A program made the translations under genes and the position numbers. From NCBI GenBank assembly GCA_003971905.1, contig RSEE01000049.1, positions 1-64,000 on the forward strand: 64,000 bases of DNA. The letters are read 5' to 3'. Of this stretch, positions 46,122 through 60,005 are shown in pieces. Position 1 is the stretch's first letter. The number at the start of each line of letters is the position of its first letter. Origin of the DNA: Moniliella sp. 'wahieum'. Lineage: Eukaryota. Below the pieces are notes generated by a model, which saw only the letters and a program-made list of their open reading frames with translations, had not been told where the DNA came from and ran no database searches.

Positions 46122-48466
46122 GGTCTAGGTCCGTTTGCAACCAGTCAGTCTCACGGCGGGCGAAAATGGAGAGACGCCAGGGCATAGACGCTGTAATACT
46201 CACTGGGGGAGGGGAGAAGTAATAACGAAGAAGCGGGGAGAAGACACAGGAGAGCGTACCAGGTTGGACGTATTGGATGAAAGAGACTAATATATATAGC
46301 AGTGACGCTGTCGTATGCCTCCATGGAAAAACAGACGGAGAGACGATAGAGCGCCACACCACAGCCACCGTCCCGTGCTGTCTTCCTGCCCTGCCCGCCT
46401 AGATCGGTTCCAGAAAGTTTGGTTCCCGTTCTCCCACCACTGGGCTGTGACATATCAGCACCAAAACCAACCATCTCGCGTGGCGGCCTACTGAGGCTGA
46501 GGCTGTTGAGGCATAATGCATGAGGTGTGCCATGATACATGATATGAGAGTCTCACGCATCGCATAGGTTCCAAAAGGTACAGCGACGCTAGCTTCACAC
46601 TTCGCAAGGGCTTCAAGCATAAAGAGCGACATCAAGCTTCAAGCTTCAACCATTTCAACGTTCAACTGAGTTCTCAACTATAAAGTCGGGGCGGCTGATC
46701 TTCAACGCTCTTGCTTCAAACTGCAACGCCTTCAGCGTTAACGGATGTCATCGATTCCCAACAGCAAGACTCCACTAATCAGGCTTATCATGTATCAATC
46801 GAATCATCAATCAGACATCAGGCCCCTCAGGCCTCAGGCTGAGGCCTCGGGCTGAGGCCTCGGGACCTCGACCGCGCCAACAGAGAGACAGTGCTGGGTT
46901 TCTCGGTTGCCGGTTACCGGCCGCATACTAGACCGTTATACATCCTTCCACAACGTTTTTCCAATATCTTCTGAGCTCCAGTTTCAACCGAGCCGAATAG
47001 GCGGAGCCACCGGCCATAAGGCCTAAGGGTACGTCCAGCGACGAGAGCCTACCAGAGACTGAGGTCTAAGGACTAAGGGCTAAGGACTGAGACGGCAGGC
47101 CGGTCTGTTGCTCTGGTGTGTATTACTGGAAAGCACAGCTGAAACAAGCCGAAGCCGACCCGACCTCGGGGCAGTTTTGAACGTGCCGAACGTTGATCGT
47201 GTTGAAAATCCTCCTCCTTCTTGAAGTCTATAGAGAGCTAAGCGCTAAGCGCTAATGGAAAGCAGGTGAGTCTGCCTGATACTTCATTTGAAGCTTGAGG
47301 CTTTGAAGCTCCTGAAGAGATAGCGAGGCTATAGTGACGATAGCGAGGAGGGCAAGTTACGCGTTACGGCTGATGAGGGTAGAAACGTCCACCGTGTCGC
47401 TGCATGAAGCCCATTAGGGGTGGCCGGTGAACCATATCGTGTCACAGATGCCAGTAGCACCAGCGTCAGCGTCAGCGTCTTTGGCGCCATCAACTCTAAA
47501 CCCCGCGAGACGCGTCCCTCTTCTCTCGGTACCTAGTGCATCGCCCCCCGTCCATCGCCAAGCAGAGGATACAGCAGTGGTGCACATGAGCCTCATGCCC
47601 CAAGCTCCGAAGCTCACAGCTCCTAGCTCGGCGATAGCTGGAGGTAGGCGAGCGCTGCGTTACCTCGTACTCATCGAGAGGCGCTCATCGGTATTTGAAA
47701 TAGACCGCCCACGTCACGCATCAACCTGTCAGCAGAGATGTCATGATGCAGATGATGCACTTCCATCAATGACATGAATGACACGACAGACCCTCAGCTT
47801 GCAGCTTGCACCGACACGGACAGTGGCCACTGCCAGCGACGTGTTTGCATGTATTACCGTCCATTTTGAGCCGCGCGCTGACAGCAGGGTGCCCACTAGC
47901 GCGCGAGCACCCCTTGAGCTTGAAGCATGAAGTTTGGCCCCTTTCGGTTCGGCAGCACGGACTACCGGGCGCCGGACGGCCGGTAGGGGTGTGGTGTAGC
48001 GCGTTCTTAGATCTTAGATCTTAAACGCTAGCGGCAAGCACATCAGAGACAACTCCGAGGAAGACAGCCGCCAGCGGAAAAACAAGAACGCTTCGATTCC
48101 ACGTCCTCGGCAGTCCGCCCACCCAGTAGTACCCTTCCCAGCCAGAAACCGGAGCGCCTGACGCATGACGCTGTGCCAGCCTCCTGAAGCCTGACATGTC
48201 CTGGGACTTCCGTCCCCCTCGTCCCCGGCGCAGGCCGAGACAAGACCCCGCCCCACTACAGACAACACACGCACACAAAGCACACGTCCCACTGGGCTTG
48301 CTAATAGTCCGACGACCGTCGTGCGTCTGCCTCCCTTCCTCCCTGCCTCCCGTCCTCCGCTCGTCCACTCATCCACTCATCCATCCACTCATCCATCCAC
48401 TCATCCATCAATCTCCATCCATTGGTACCCGACCGGTCCGGCCCAGGGCCAGAGGGAAGGGTAAGT

Positions 48467-51400
48467 TTACTCTTCGCGGAACTGCTCGAACGACGCCTTG
48501 GCATCGAGCAAAGCCTGGCGTTCGGACTGGTAATTCTTCAAGCTAGTTAGGACCTGTTGCTTGACCTGGTCGGGGGTCTTGTCCCACTGGGCGGTACGTT
48601 CCATCTGCTTGGTGAGACGGTCAATGTTGTTGTTGGCCAGGGTGAGTTTTTGTCCAGTTTGGCCACTTCGGCCGCGACGTTGATCCGTCCGCGGACGAGG
48701 AGGTGGGCGCGCAAACCCGCTTGGATCGACGCTACAGCACACCCGGGTGGAATGGAGGTTGCGGTGTGCTCTGGTGCGCCGACCAGCACCTGCACCGCCT
48801 TGGCGCCCTTGACCAGCGTCTCGATCACCGACTTTTCCCCGCGCAGCATTTCGCCCAGGTTGGGCGACTCGGCCTCGAGGTACATCTCCAGGTCCTTGAT
48901 CAGGCCGTACTGCATCGCCACTCCACGCAGTGTCTTGACCGATTCGAACAGGAGGGTAAAGTCGCGCTTGGCCTGCTCGTCTTGCCACTCGGGGTGGGCC
49001 GACTGGCTCGGGTAGGCCGTCAGGGCAATCGTCGGGGACGTTTCGCCTTCGCGACGCGGTAGGCGCTGCCACAGTTCCTCCGTCACGAACGGCATGAATG
49101 GGTGCAGTAGTTTCAAGCCCTGGTCCAGCACCGTGTAAAGCGTTTCTTGTGCGGAAGCCTTGGCCTGTGCCTCGGCCGAGTTGGCCATCGCCGCGCCTGG
49201 GTGGTCGGTAATGGGCTTGATGGCTTCAATGTACACGTCGCAAAAGTCATAGAGCCAGAACTGGTAGGCGGCATTGACAGCATCCATAAACTGCCGTTGA
49301 GCCAGCGAGTGGTTCACCTCGACAATCGTTTCCTGGAGCGAGGCCAGGATCCAGCGCTCGACCAGGCTCTGGGCACTCTTGTTGGTCGGCTTGGCCGCCG
49401 CCGTAGTCGAGGCAGGCACAAAGCCATCGAGCTTGAGCAGCGCAAATTTGGTAGCGTTCCACATCTTGTTGCAGAATTTGCGGTAGCCTTCGACACGCAA
49501 AATGTCCAGGTTGATATCGGCGTTGGCCGAGGTGTAGGCGACCAGGGCGAAGCGGAGCGCGTCCGTGCCGCACTGAGGGATGCCCTTGGGGAAGTCCTTG
49601 CTCTGCCCGACCCGAGCCTTGGCCACCTCCTTAGCGTCCAAGTTACCATTCTCCAGTTGGCATGCAGCGCAGGCAGGTCAATCCCCTCGATCACGTCGAT
49701 CGGATCAATCACGTTGCCCAGCGACTTGGACATTTTGCGTCCGTGGGCGTCGCGGACCATACCGTGGCAGAAGATCTCGTGGAAGGGCAACGACTTGGTC
49801 AGGTGCGCTCCCAGCATCACCATGCGGGCCACCCAGAAGTAGATGATGTCCCGCCCGGTCTCGAGGAGAGTTGGGGTAGAAGTGGGCCATGTCGGGCGTC
49901 TGGTCCGGCCAGCCCATCAAGCTAAACGGCCAGGCCCGAGGAGAACCACGTGTCCAGCACATCCTCGTCTTGCCGAAGAGTAAACTTCTTGCCGCCCGCA
50001 CGCTTTTCCGCCTCGGCCTGAGCCTCTTCGGGGGACGAGCGACAATCCAGTTGGTGCTGTCGAGCTCGTCCGCTTCCTTGCCCCCACCTCGAAAGTAGGC
50101 AGGAATGCGGTGCCCCCACCACAGTTGCCGGCTGACGCACCAGTCGAGGATGTTGTCCAACCACTGGTAGAACTCGTTCTTGCTCTTGTCGGGGCGGATG
50201 GTAAGGCCTTCCTTTTCAGCCAGGGCGACAGCCTCGTCGGCAAGCACCTTGGACTTGACCCACCATTGGGGCTTCAGCACCGGTTCCACCACATCGCCCG
50301 AGCGAGAGCAGATGGGCACACTCATCGGGTTGGGCTGCTCGTCAATGTACAGCTTCTTTTCCTTGAGGGCGTCGATGACAGCCTTGCGCGCCGAAAGGCG
50401 CTTCATGCCAACGAACGGACCAGCCTCCTCATTCAGCGTGCCATCGTCATTGAGAATGTTGATAAACGGCAACTTGTGGCGCACACCGACGTTAAAGTCG
50501 TTCGGGTCGTGCGCCGGGGTGATCTTGACAGCGCCCGTACCAAACTCCATATCCACCGCCTCGGCATCCAGCACGATCGGCAACTTGCGGCCGGGGAAGA
50601 AGGGGTGCTCGACAAACTTGCCGTGGAGATGCTTGTGACGCGGGTCGTCGGGATGGATGGCGACGGCCGTGTCACCGAGGATCGTTTCCGGACGGGTGGT
50701 GGCGATCTGGAGAAGACGCTGCTCCAGGGGGGCGTCGGCGGGAGCGTCGGCAATGGGGTAGTAAAAGTGGAAGAGCACACCAAACTGAATCTTCTCGTTG
50801 CCGTACCCGGGGAGCGAGAGGAGCGTGGGGCCCGTCAACTCCTTCTGGTCCACCTCGAGGTTGGACAGGGAGGTGGTGAGGTAGGAAGACCAGTTGACGA
50901 TGCGGTTGGCGCGGTAAATGATGCCCTCGTTGAAGAGGCGGACAAAGGCCTCGGTCACAGCGCGCGAACGCGTGTCGTCCATGGTGAACGCCTCACGGGA
51001 CCAGTCGTAGGAAGAACCGAGGCGGCGCAGCTGCGTCCCGATCGTCGCCGCATACTCGTCCTTCCAGGCAAAGACGCGCTCTAGGAACTTGGCCGGCCCA
51101 GGTCGTGGCGGGTCAGGTGCTCAAACTTGAGCAGCCGCTTCTCCACCACGGCCTGGGTTGCGATCCCGGCATGGTCAAAGCCAGGGACGTAGAGGACACG
51201 CTTGCCCTGCATGCGGTACCAGCGGCAAAGGGTGTCCTGGATGCTCATCGTGAGCGCATGGCCAATGTGCAGACTGCCCGTCACGTTGGGCGGCGGGATG
51301 GGGATGACAAACGTGTCCTCCTTCTTGTACGGGTCCTCGGCGTGATCTCGCGGGGGGCAAAGAAGCCGCTCTTCTCCCACCAGGCGTACCAGTAGGACTC

Positions 51401-51827
51401 GACCTTGAGCGGGTCGTATGCACTGTCCATCGGCGCCGACAGATCCTTCTTCTCGCCCGTGCCCTGGACCCACACGGACTTTTCCAGGACAGGCTTGGGC
51501 TCTTGGCGGGCTTCTTGCCGCCGGCCTTGGCCGGCTTGGGCTGGGAGGCGCGGCCTTAGCAGCCTTCTTGGCGGCCAGCTGCTCGGCCTTGGCGGCCTTC
51601 TTGGCGCCCTTTTTGGACGGCACCGCGTCGGGCGCAGCGGCGTCGGGAGCAGCAGCGGCGGGGGCTGCAGCGGGGGCTGCGGCGGGCGCAGCGGCGGGAG
51701 GGGACGGGGCAGCGGGAGCGGCGCTGGGCGCAGGCTCGGTGGGGGCGCATGCTGTGGAGGGCGTGGGCAGTGGCAGAGGGAGGGGGTGGGCGCAGACACA
51801 AACGCAAAAAAAGAAGCACCCTCGCAT
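48467..51827 (-). CDS. VAS1: Valyl-tRNA synthetase
   Basis: [100 protein letters not shown]. Start is uncertain (possible upstream exon). Confidence 0.95.
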
Positions 51828-52080
51828 CCACCCGGCCTGCTGTGGAGTGATACCCGCCTGGGAGCCCCGCCCTCTGCCTGTCGCCTCTCTGACTCACTCC
51901 TTCCCCCGTCTTCGGACGCGCGGAACGGGGCGGAATGCGCGCTGCACATTTCAATTCTAGCGTTCAACGTTCAACGCTCAACAATCAGGCTGGATGCTGC
52001 TGGGCATCCGAGCGGACTGGACGTCTAACGGCTACATATAGCAGACCTATCCATCCACGCCGCTCAGCCGCTGCATGCGC

Positions 52081-55000
52081 TCAGGAATCAGGAATACAGT
52101 ACAGAAGTACACGCCACAGGCACAAGCCACCACACCAACACCAACACCAACACCAACACCAACGCAGCGTCCAGCTAGTCCGCCTGCCTCTCCGGCCCAG
52201 CATCCGGTGCACATGTAGTCCCCTCGGCGTCCGCTGGCGGCGCGCGTCCGCACGCTCCTCCGTAGCGCACGCGGGGGACGCCGCGGGGGGTTGCGGCTGC
52301 CCAGCGTGGCAGGCAGAGGTAGGCGTCTCGTCTGGGTGGCACGCGCGAGAGGCTCGTCGTGCGGTAGGAGCGGTCGGAATCCCGCGGTGGAATCCAATAC
52401 GTCCTGCGACGGTCGTGGAGCGCCCGAGTCCGCTCTTCGTCGTCGTCCCGCCGAAGCACAGAGGCGCGGTGCAAGTTGCGTGTGCCAGGTAACCGTGCCT
52501 CGTCCTCATCGTCGTCGTCGGTGGGGTTGGTGGTGGGTGGTAACGGTGGTGGCAGTGGCAGTGGTGGCAGGAGCAGTAGTGTGGGGGGGAGTGGTGGAAG
52601 TAGTGGGAATGGTGGTCCATATCCTGGTCCTGGTCATTGTCATTGTCCTCGTTGTCGTCGTCGTCGTCGTCGTCGTCGTACGGGACGAGGGTCCACTTGG
52701 ACGACTGGGACGGGGAGCGTACGTGTCCGCGTTTGGCCAGTTGAGCGCGGGAGCTCGTTGTCAACCGTTTTCGCTTGCGTGGCGAGGGGGCCATGGCTTC
52801 GTCGTCGGACAAATCGTCGACTTGGGCCTCGGCGCGCAACGGTGCAACCGCAAGCCGGAGCGACAGGTCGGGCGTGCTGGGTGAGCTGGGCACAGGCGGC
52901 GCAGCCGCTGTGAGCTGGAGCAAGTCGCAAAATACACTGCCTAGCCTGGCATCTTTCGCCAACTGTCGTACCTTGTCCTCGTGGCGCGCTAGCACGCCCA
53001 GTGCCAGGCGCCGCAACGCTTCGTCAGTGACCAGGGCGTGGAAGAGGCTGAGAGCCGTACTGGTCACCACGCCGGTCCGACCGGAAGCCAGCTCGGACGA
53101 GAGCGAGGTGAGCAACGTATCGATCACGTCGGATGCCAAGAGGTATTCGTGTAGTTGGTTGTTTTCCCGCGTGGCACCGACCTTGATGCATCGCATGGCG
53201 GCTGCGACCAAGGGCCGGTCTTTGGATAAGAGCAAAGCGCCCACTTTGCTCCCTAGCTCGGTCGAGATGAAAAACTGCTCGGCTCGCTCCCCATGCGACG
53301 AGAGCATGTAGGTGAGCAAGTCGCATAGGTGGGCCAGCAGGACCGAAGTGTCCAGCCCCAAAGGCGGGAGGGAGCGGTAGGTAGTGCTGGGTCCCGAAGC
53401 TTCCGTCCCCTCGGTCTGGCGCAGCGTTGCCAGTGAAGGCACCCCACAGAGGGGACCAAATAGGCTACGTGCATCCTCTTGGTAAAACAGGGTGAGCAAC
53501 GACGGTTTTTCACCCACGCCCACGCCATCAGCAATGGGATCCAAGAGCGAGCGCAACATGTCCATCATCTGGACTTGATTCCCATTCCCTCGCCCGTGTG
53601 AAGCAGGGAGCAATACCTCGAGCAGATCGTTGCCCTTGGGCAGTTCGACGTTCACCTCCTTAGCTTGCTGTTGGTGCGGGAAGACCTTGCGCGCTTTGCC
53701 GTAGGTATGTTTCGGCTTGGCGCGGATCCGCGCTCGGTAGCCGCCAGTGGCCTTAGTTGCCAGCGCTAGGGAACGCAGTTGCCTCCGATGCACAATGTAC
53801 TGCCGCACCGCGGGCGGGTCCAAGTCGAGAAGCATCAAGAGCATGTCGGCGGCCGCGTTGCGCACTTCCCCGGCCACCTCGGGATCCACCTCCTCCCACT
53901 GGGCAGTGGCGGCTCCGCATGGCTCACACCCGGTGACAATGTTGGGGAAGGGTGACCGATGCCCGGGCGGGAGCTGAGCCAGGTAAGGTCGAGCTAGAGT
54001 CACTGCGGGGGCCGAGGAAGGATCGGGGTTAGCCTCGAGCGGAGAGGGGTTGCGTTGGGGGGCCGAGTGGGCTGGGGGGCAAGTCCAACCGACGCCGAGG
54101 CCAAATGCAATCACGTCCAGCAGCCCTCGCTGGACCAATGCGAGCACATCTGCACTCGGTTGCCCAGTGCATTGTCTTTCCAATCGTGGAGAGTGCTTGA
54201 AGGAACAGGACGGCATCGATCCGTTTCGCATGGCTCACCTCTTCTGCTGGGTGGTCCGAGCCGGAAAGCGCAAAGAGCCCAAACAAGTCCGACAGGAACG
54301 AGGGATCGTTTAGACACCAGGACACAATGTCCAATTGCCAAATGAAGATGATGGACTGAAGCAGGCTGAGAAGGTTGTCAGGCAAGATGCGAGTCAAAAC
54401 ACGTCGCGCAAAAAAGTGAGGCGGTACGTGTGTTGGATTTTGGCGCGCACCATCGGGTTGGAGATGGGCACCACTTCTTTAAACTCGGTCGAATGCGCAT
54501 GTAGTCGCGATACGAAGCTTTGCTCTGAGGAAAGACAGGATCATACTCGAGCAGGCCCACAAGCGTCGGGTATACCTCGTCCTGCACCACATGCTCATAC
54601 AGGTGTCCGTCTCCGAGCAGGAGAATGTCTTGGCAAATGGTGCAAATGGTGGAGAGCAGGCAGGTTTTCCTGTTCCTCGGCCAGAGCAAAAGTTTTCCCC
54701 ACAAAGCAACGTACTCAGACTGCACCATCGCGTCCGAAAAGCGTTCACGAAATAGGGACGCAATGCGAGCCCCTTGGGTGGGACCGATCAACGCGCCCAT
54801 TCCACCGGCGGGAAGGCCAGTAAACCCCCCGATGCCCTCGTCGGTGCCACACGCAGCAATCCGGCTACCGACACTCTTGACTGTCTGTTCGATCGCGGAC
54901 AAGTTCTCCAACGTTGGTTCGGGAGGAGTTGATGATTGTTGAGGTCCGCCAGGCCTGGAAGGCCAGCCACCCGTTCCACAAGCTCCATCAGCTCATGCGT

Positions 55001-55958
55001 CTGGGATAGGTTCTCCCCCACCACCGCCTCAAAGCGAGGAGAGGAGGAGTCCATGGGATCGACGTCTGCATCTGGAAATGAGGCATCAGTACAATGCTCG
55101 AAAGGAGAAGAAGAAGGAGAAGAACGTACCTGAAGATCGCATGTGTTTTTGCACCTCGACAAGAAAGTCCCAGATTTCGTGGCAGCCGGATCTTTCCTGG
55201 AACGAAAGGCCATCTCCGTTCCTGAAGGTTCGGTCCATACGATCAGGGTATCTACTCGTCCAGAACCATCGGTCAGCAATCTGCGCATTCGCACTCGCAT
55301 TCGCATTCGCATTTGCATTCAAAGAGAGGAACAAGTACGAACCCTGTTGTTGCTTGTACACATCGTCCTTCAACAGTGCTGAAAAGAGGAGCAAGTCGTC
55401 CTTGTCAAACTCAGAGGAGACAACAATGATGTACTGGCGTGCCCAGTCCTCGGGGGTGCCAGGCTCGACAGGAGAGGGTGGACACGGCAAGGTCAGAAGG
55501 GGCAGAATCGGTCTTTTCAGCCTTAGCTTGCCGGTCCCCATCCGCATCCGCATCAACATCTGCATCTGCATCCGCATCTGCATCTGTGTCGTCTTGGAAC
55601 TCGTCCAGGTCCGAGGGGGTGAGGCAGGGTGGAACAGGCAGCCTCATGCTTGCAATCAGAGCCCGGCCCGGTCCGATTCTTCATCGTAACAACCGGCACA
55701 GTACCCCGTCCCCAATCGACCCAGGTGCCGCCTACCATTTCGTACACTTTGACGCGCCTGGCCGTGCCGCACTGGTGGAACGAGCCGCGGCTAAAGGTGG
55801 TCTGTTGACTGAGCCGGTAGGATCGCGCACGGGGGTGTCCAGCGCAGGCTCGCGCTCGGGCGGAGCAGGTTCAGCCAAAGTCGTGCCGAGGTCGAGCGGG
55901 ACCGACGCGCTGTCCATGAAATAAGAGCAAGTCTGGCTCGCTGTTGTCGGGGCCATTG
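52081..55958 (-). CDS. PSY2: Protein phosphatase 4 regulatory subunit 3 (Psy2/SMEK)
   Basis: RVKVYEM..TWVD..GYC and DVYKQQ..TLIVWTEP..LSFQERSGCHEIWDF (EVH1-like domain); LLEYDP and HTYRLTFLRDV (SMK-1/DUF625). Both ends are approximate. Confidence 0.85.
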
Positions 55959-56572
55959 GCGCGGGTGGGTTCAGGGACAGAAGGCGCGTCGAGCGAGGGC
56001 CCAGCTGAGTCCTCAGTCGAACACGAGTCCGAGCTGAGAGGAGGATCGCCCACATGACCCGAGGGCCACGCTGGTTCCGTACCAAGCTGGATCGGGATAC
56101 GGGGAGCAGCCGTAGAAGGGAAGCGGGATCTGGGGTGAGCGAGTGCTCGTCGGATGCTTGGAGCGCAGGAGGGCCGGGGCCCCCCTCGGCCGGGTCAGCA
56201 GTTGGGCCAGGCAGCAGCTGCGGATCGGATGGAGGGAAGGCGAGCGCGAGAGTGGGAGGGGACGGAGAGGGGCGGAGGCGAGGCGTGCTTCAGGGGGGGT
56301 CGCTCATGGCGAGCGAGGGCGGAGGCGAGCGGAGCTGGGGGCTGGATGCCATGACGACGACGCGCATCCACGTTGCCGGCACGCGCGCGAGGGGGGGAAG
56401 GGAAGGGGTGCTCTGCGGACAGCGCGCACGGCACACGCTTGCTACGCAGCAGGACACGGGCACGAGGGACGCGAGAGGAGGGGGGCGGGAGCGGCGGCGG
56501 CGGTGGTGGTGGGAGAGGCGCAAGGCCAGCGGAACGCGTCTGCCCAAGTCGCGGTTGGCGGCGAGGCGAGGC

Positions 56573-56647
56573 TGGTGAGCGGTGAGCGTGAGCGGTGAGC
56601 GTGAGCGGTGAGCGTGAGCGGTGAGCGTGAGCGGTGAGCGAGTGAGC
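56573..56647. repeat. Compound minisatellite alternating GGTGAGC/GTGAGC (13-bp period)
   Basis: GGTGAGCGGTGAGCGTGAGCGGTGAGCGTGAGC... is directly visible upstream of PSY2. Confidence 0.9.
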
Positions 56648-57534
56648 TGCCTGCGTCGGGGGCTGGCCAGGCTGGAGGGGGCGAGTGCTGGCTAGTGCTG
56701 GCGTGGCCACCGCGCATCACCCGCTATCACCACACCACGCATCCTGCTGCTGCCTCACGCACGCCTGCCACACTGCCAGCGCGCTGCGAATCACATGACA
56801 TGTCACACTGGTTACACCGCATCACACCGCATCAACCGCACACAGCGCCCGTGCGGCCCTCCGCCTGGCCCACGCACCAGCGGCCGAGTGCCCGCGCGGG
56901 ACCAACCCTATTCTCCGACGCTTCCGTCCGCAGCGCCCGTGTCCCCTGGCGTTTCCGCCTCCGCCCTTGCGCCCCGTGCTGGACGCTCCGAAGCAACTGA
57001 CGTCACGCGTACGATCAGCGCTCAGCCATGCATCATGCATTGCATCATGCGTCCGCTACCCTCCGCTGTCTCCGCTTCGCCCGCGTCCGCTGGTCCGGCA
57101 CGGCAGGGCACGCGCGCCCGACCTCAATCAACAGCCCAGCGCCACATCCCAGCACCCAACGTACCCCCCCGACCCAACGCCCCCCCCTGGCCGGTGCACG
57201 TACGTAAGCACAGTCGTTTCAGAACACCCGGCATCTGCATCAACGCCGAGTGAGTGATGCGTCCAAACTCTGTTTCCGCCTGTGTGCCAGTTTGCCCCTC
57301 GTCCGTCCAACGGATCATCGATTATGGCACCACCGGTGAATATCACCGGTTGCAGGTGACTCTAATTTCAATTTCACTGTGGAATGGATTCTTGTGTTCT
57401 GCCGGGTGTCCCAGCCGGCTCAAATGTGCTTCTGCAGTCCTAGCCTTCCACAGCTTGAGGCCTGGACCAAGCAACGCTATACGCCTTAATTGTAAGCCAA
57501 CGCCAATGTCAATCCCACTGGCCTGCCAATCGAC

Positions 57535-58230
57535 CGGCGTGTGTTTGGAGTTGCTTGCTGGCACCAAACCCCCTTTAGGAAAACCATCTCCACGATATAT
57601 GACACCCATCAGTCAATTCATCTTTTGGTTCCAGTGTCCAACTATCTTTTGCTCGCCGTCTTGTATGGTGGCATCACAGTATCCTCGCGTTGCCATAATA
57701 CCCACTGCAGTAGGGAAAATGATTCTTGGGTACGTGTGTGGTACTTGGCGTTAATTCCTTTCGCATTTTCTGCCTGTTCCAACAGTCGAAGCCTCTCTCC
57801 TTCTCCCGGCGCGCTCCAAAGGCGTTTTGGGGTCCTCTCTCTCTCTTGCACCACCTTCCGGTACGCAGCCATCACCTTCCTTGTGCCCGAGTCCCGCAGG
57901 GCATGGTCCATCGTCATGCCTGTTGGCTCAAATGTTCCAGGTCCCATCACTCGGTATAGTCAGCAGAGACGTAGTATCTTTTCGACTAATTCCTCCCATG
58001 CCTTATTGTCTCATCCGCTTCCACCACCGGCGTAGTCGGTTTTGACGTTGTGGATGGTATCGGGCATGGAACCTCTACTATACTCCGTAACCTTCGCCCC
58101 AAAAGACATAGGAGCTTGCCTATATAGTACCCCCTGAACCTTCAGTACATTGGCCACCCAAAGCATGGCTGCTCGCTGAACACACCAAAAACGCCAGATA
58201 CCTGTCAATATGACAAGGCATTGCCCCGAC
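57535..58230 (-). mobile_element. Decayed 3' fragment of a second CRE-clade element (RLE domain)
   Basis: MGPGTFEPTGMTMDHALRDSG..RKVVQE..RLLEQAENAKGINAKYHTRTQESFSLL aligns by eye with MGPGALGGSGMEVDHTLRDTG..RRVVHE..RMLEQAECDKNAKYQGRTQEPFFPL of the 40-42 kb element; SMPDT aligns with SIPDT. Confidence 0.8.
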
Positions 58231-60005
58231 GCTTCCTTTTGCTTGTTTGTCTTCGGGTTGTTTGGGGGGGCTGGCGTGGCAAAGGTCCAACGAAACGGTC
58301 TTCCGTCGTCGCTACTTGATCCAGTCGCATGGTGGGTCGGGGTGGTCGTGACTGGCGTCACCGCTTCCGCGTCCACACGCAGCCGCCGAACCCCAGATCT
58401 GTCCATACACATATCTCTCATCGATATTATCAACGCTGCTCTCTCTCCGTTTCGTGGTCTCTGGTCTCAGTCTCGTCCTGCACACCAGCACCAGCACCAC
58501 GCTCCGTGACCCATCTCCGTAGACCACAGCCAGTAGCTCTCTCTTGCGTCAGCTTGAATTGCACCGCGCGCCAAACCCGTGCAGGGCACGCGCCCAACGC
58601 AGCCACCGTGTAATCTACAGTACATCGGTATGTGTCACGGACTTAGTTCAGCATAGCGTACGGCCTCGCGTACAGGATCAGAAAGTATAGTACAGTCCCT
58701 GGGAGGTCGGAACGGTCGACTCACGGTAAGTTGGTGAATCCGAGCGGGGGTTCGGCGGGGGGGGGGGGAGGTTCCTCCTGGGTGAATAGCAGAGGCGGGG
58801 GGTTTTACGAAAAAAGGCTGCGCAGTAAACTCCGACCTGGACAGTTCGAATGGCAACGAGTAACGTGCCTGAAACCGTTCGTACTCGTACTCGCGGACAG
58901 AAGAAGAGGTAGCGCAGGGCCGCGCTGCGCTGACGTGAACGGGAGCGGGATCCCGGACTGACGCTGAGTCGGAACGATAGTGCTCTGTGCTGTGGAAGCT
59001 CCAGGAACGGGGAGCTGGAACGCCAAACAGTGAGTAGCTGATCAGCTGAAGCGGAGAGATGGATAGATAGTAGCTGATGGAAGTGGAGAGGCGAAGGAGG
59101 AAAGGAGAAGAGGGAAGGAATGCATCTATACGAGGGAAGATGACCTCTACTGGATGGATTGACCCAGATGTGGGAGGCGGGTCGAAGCAGTCGGTTTGGA
59201 CGCGAAGCTCCGGCTAGGGAAATGGCGAGATGTATGGCCCGAGGGCCAAGCGAGGGGGCAAGCAACGGCGACCTGGGAGGGTGCCTGCGGCACTCCGATC
59301 CGTTGCACGCTGTGGTGGGTTGAGTGCCGGTGAGAGCGGTTGACCCCTGAACTTTCGACGTTCAGCTGAACATCCACCACTCTGACCTCCATCTTTCCCC
59401 GTACTCGTACGCCGTTTCACGATGGAGGGTGCACAACAACCTGACGCACCCTACGAGTCAGATCGTTTTCTCCTTATCTATCTATCTCTCTATCTCCTCG
59501 CCCCACCTCGCCAAGCTGACTCTGATGGTTTCGAAACCCAACGCAGCCTACCAGCGGCGCTAACCGAAAGCGGGACAACGGAACGAAGTAAAGCGAAAGG
59601 CCGAATCGGTGTATAGCAGGGTAGAATGGACAGGACGGAGTGCTCTGGAAAAAGGTATATGGACAAGAGTGTCGAGCGTCGGGCGTCGAGCGTCGGGCGT
59701 GGAACGGAGAAGGACAAGGACGAGGTCGAGGACAAAGACAAAGGGACAAGGATGTACACGTACGCATGGACAAAAAGATGGTACAGCGTGGAGATCCAAG
59801 GCCGTGGATCGGACAGGAATCATACCCGTCAAACAGGCAGAGTAGCAGGCGCGTCAGGGAACAGGGTGAATGGATGATACGAGTCAAGAAAGATGCCCGT
59901 CTCCCAGCCATCCGCCTCTACACATCACATCAGGAAGAGGGGGGTGGGGGAGGGGGAAATAGGGAGTAGGCACAGAGAGCCGATGCACAGAGGGGAATGC
60001 AGAGC

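Noticed and set aside
45135..46187. 350-aa antisense ORF mirroring the ADH (likewise 43141-44580 and 50110-51084)
   Set aside because: Antisense ORFs in register with GC3-rich genes are expected and these show no recognisable motifs.
47316..47352. GATAGCGAG twice, resembling the 40-bp repeat (possible telomerase template)
   Set aside because: Only 9-bp matches, far short of a full repeat unit.
48467..51827. Programmed frameshifting or pseudogenisation of ValRS, ALDH, PCS60, OPT, GDA1 and PSY2
   Set aside because: Single-base indels are scattered through nearly all genes, including essential ones, and through the tandem array; long-read consensus error is the simplest explanation.
58633..59900. 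Possible solo LTR starting TGTCACGG
   Set aside because: No partner LTR, TSD or correctly oriented PPT is identifiable within the window.
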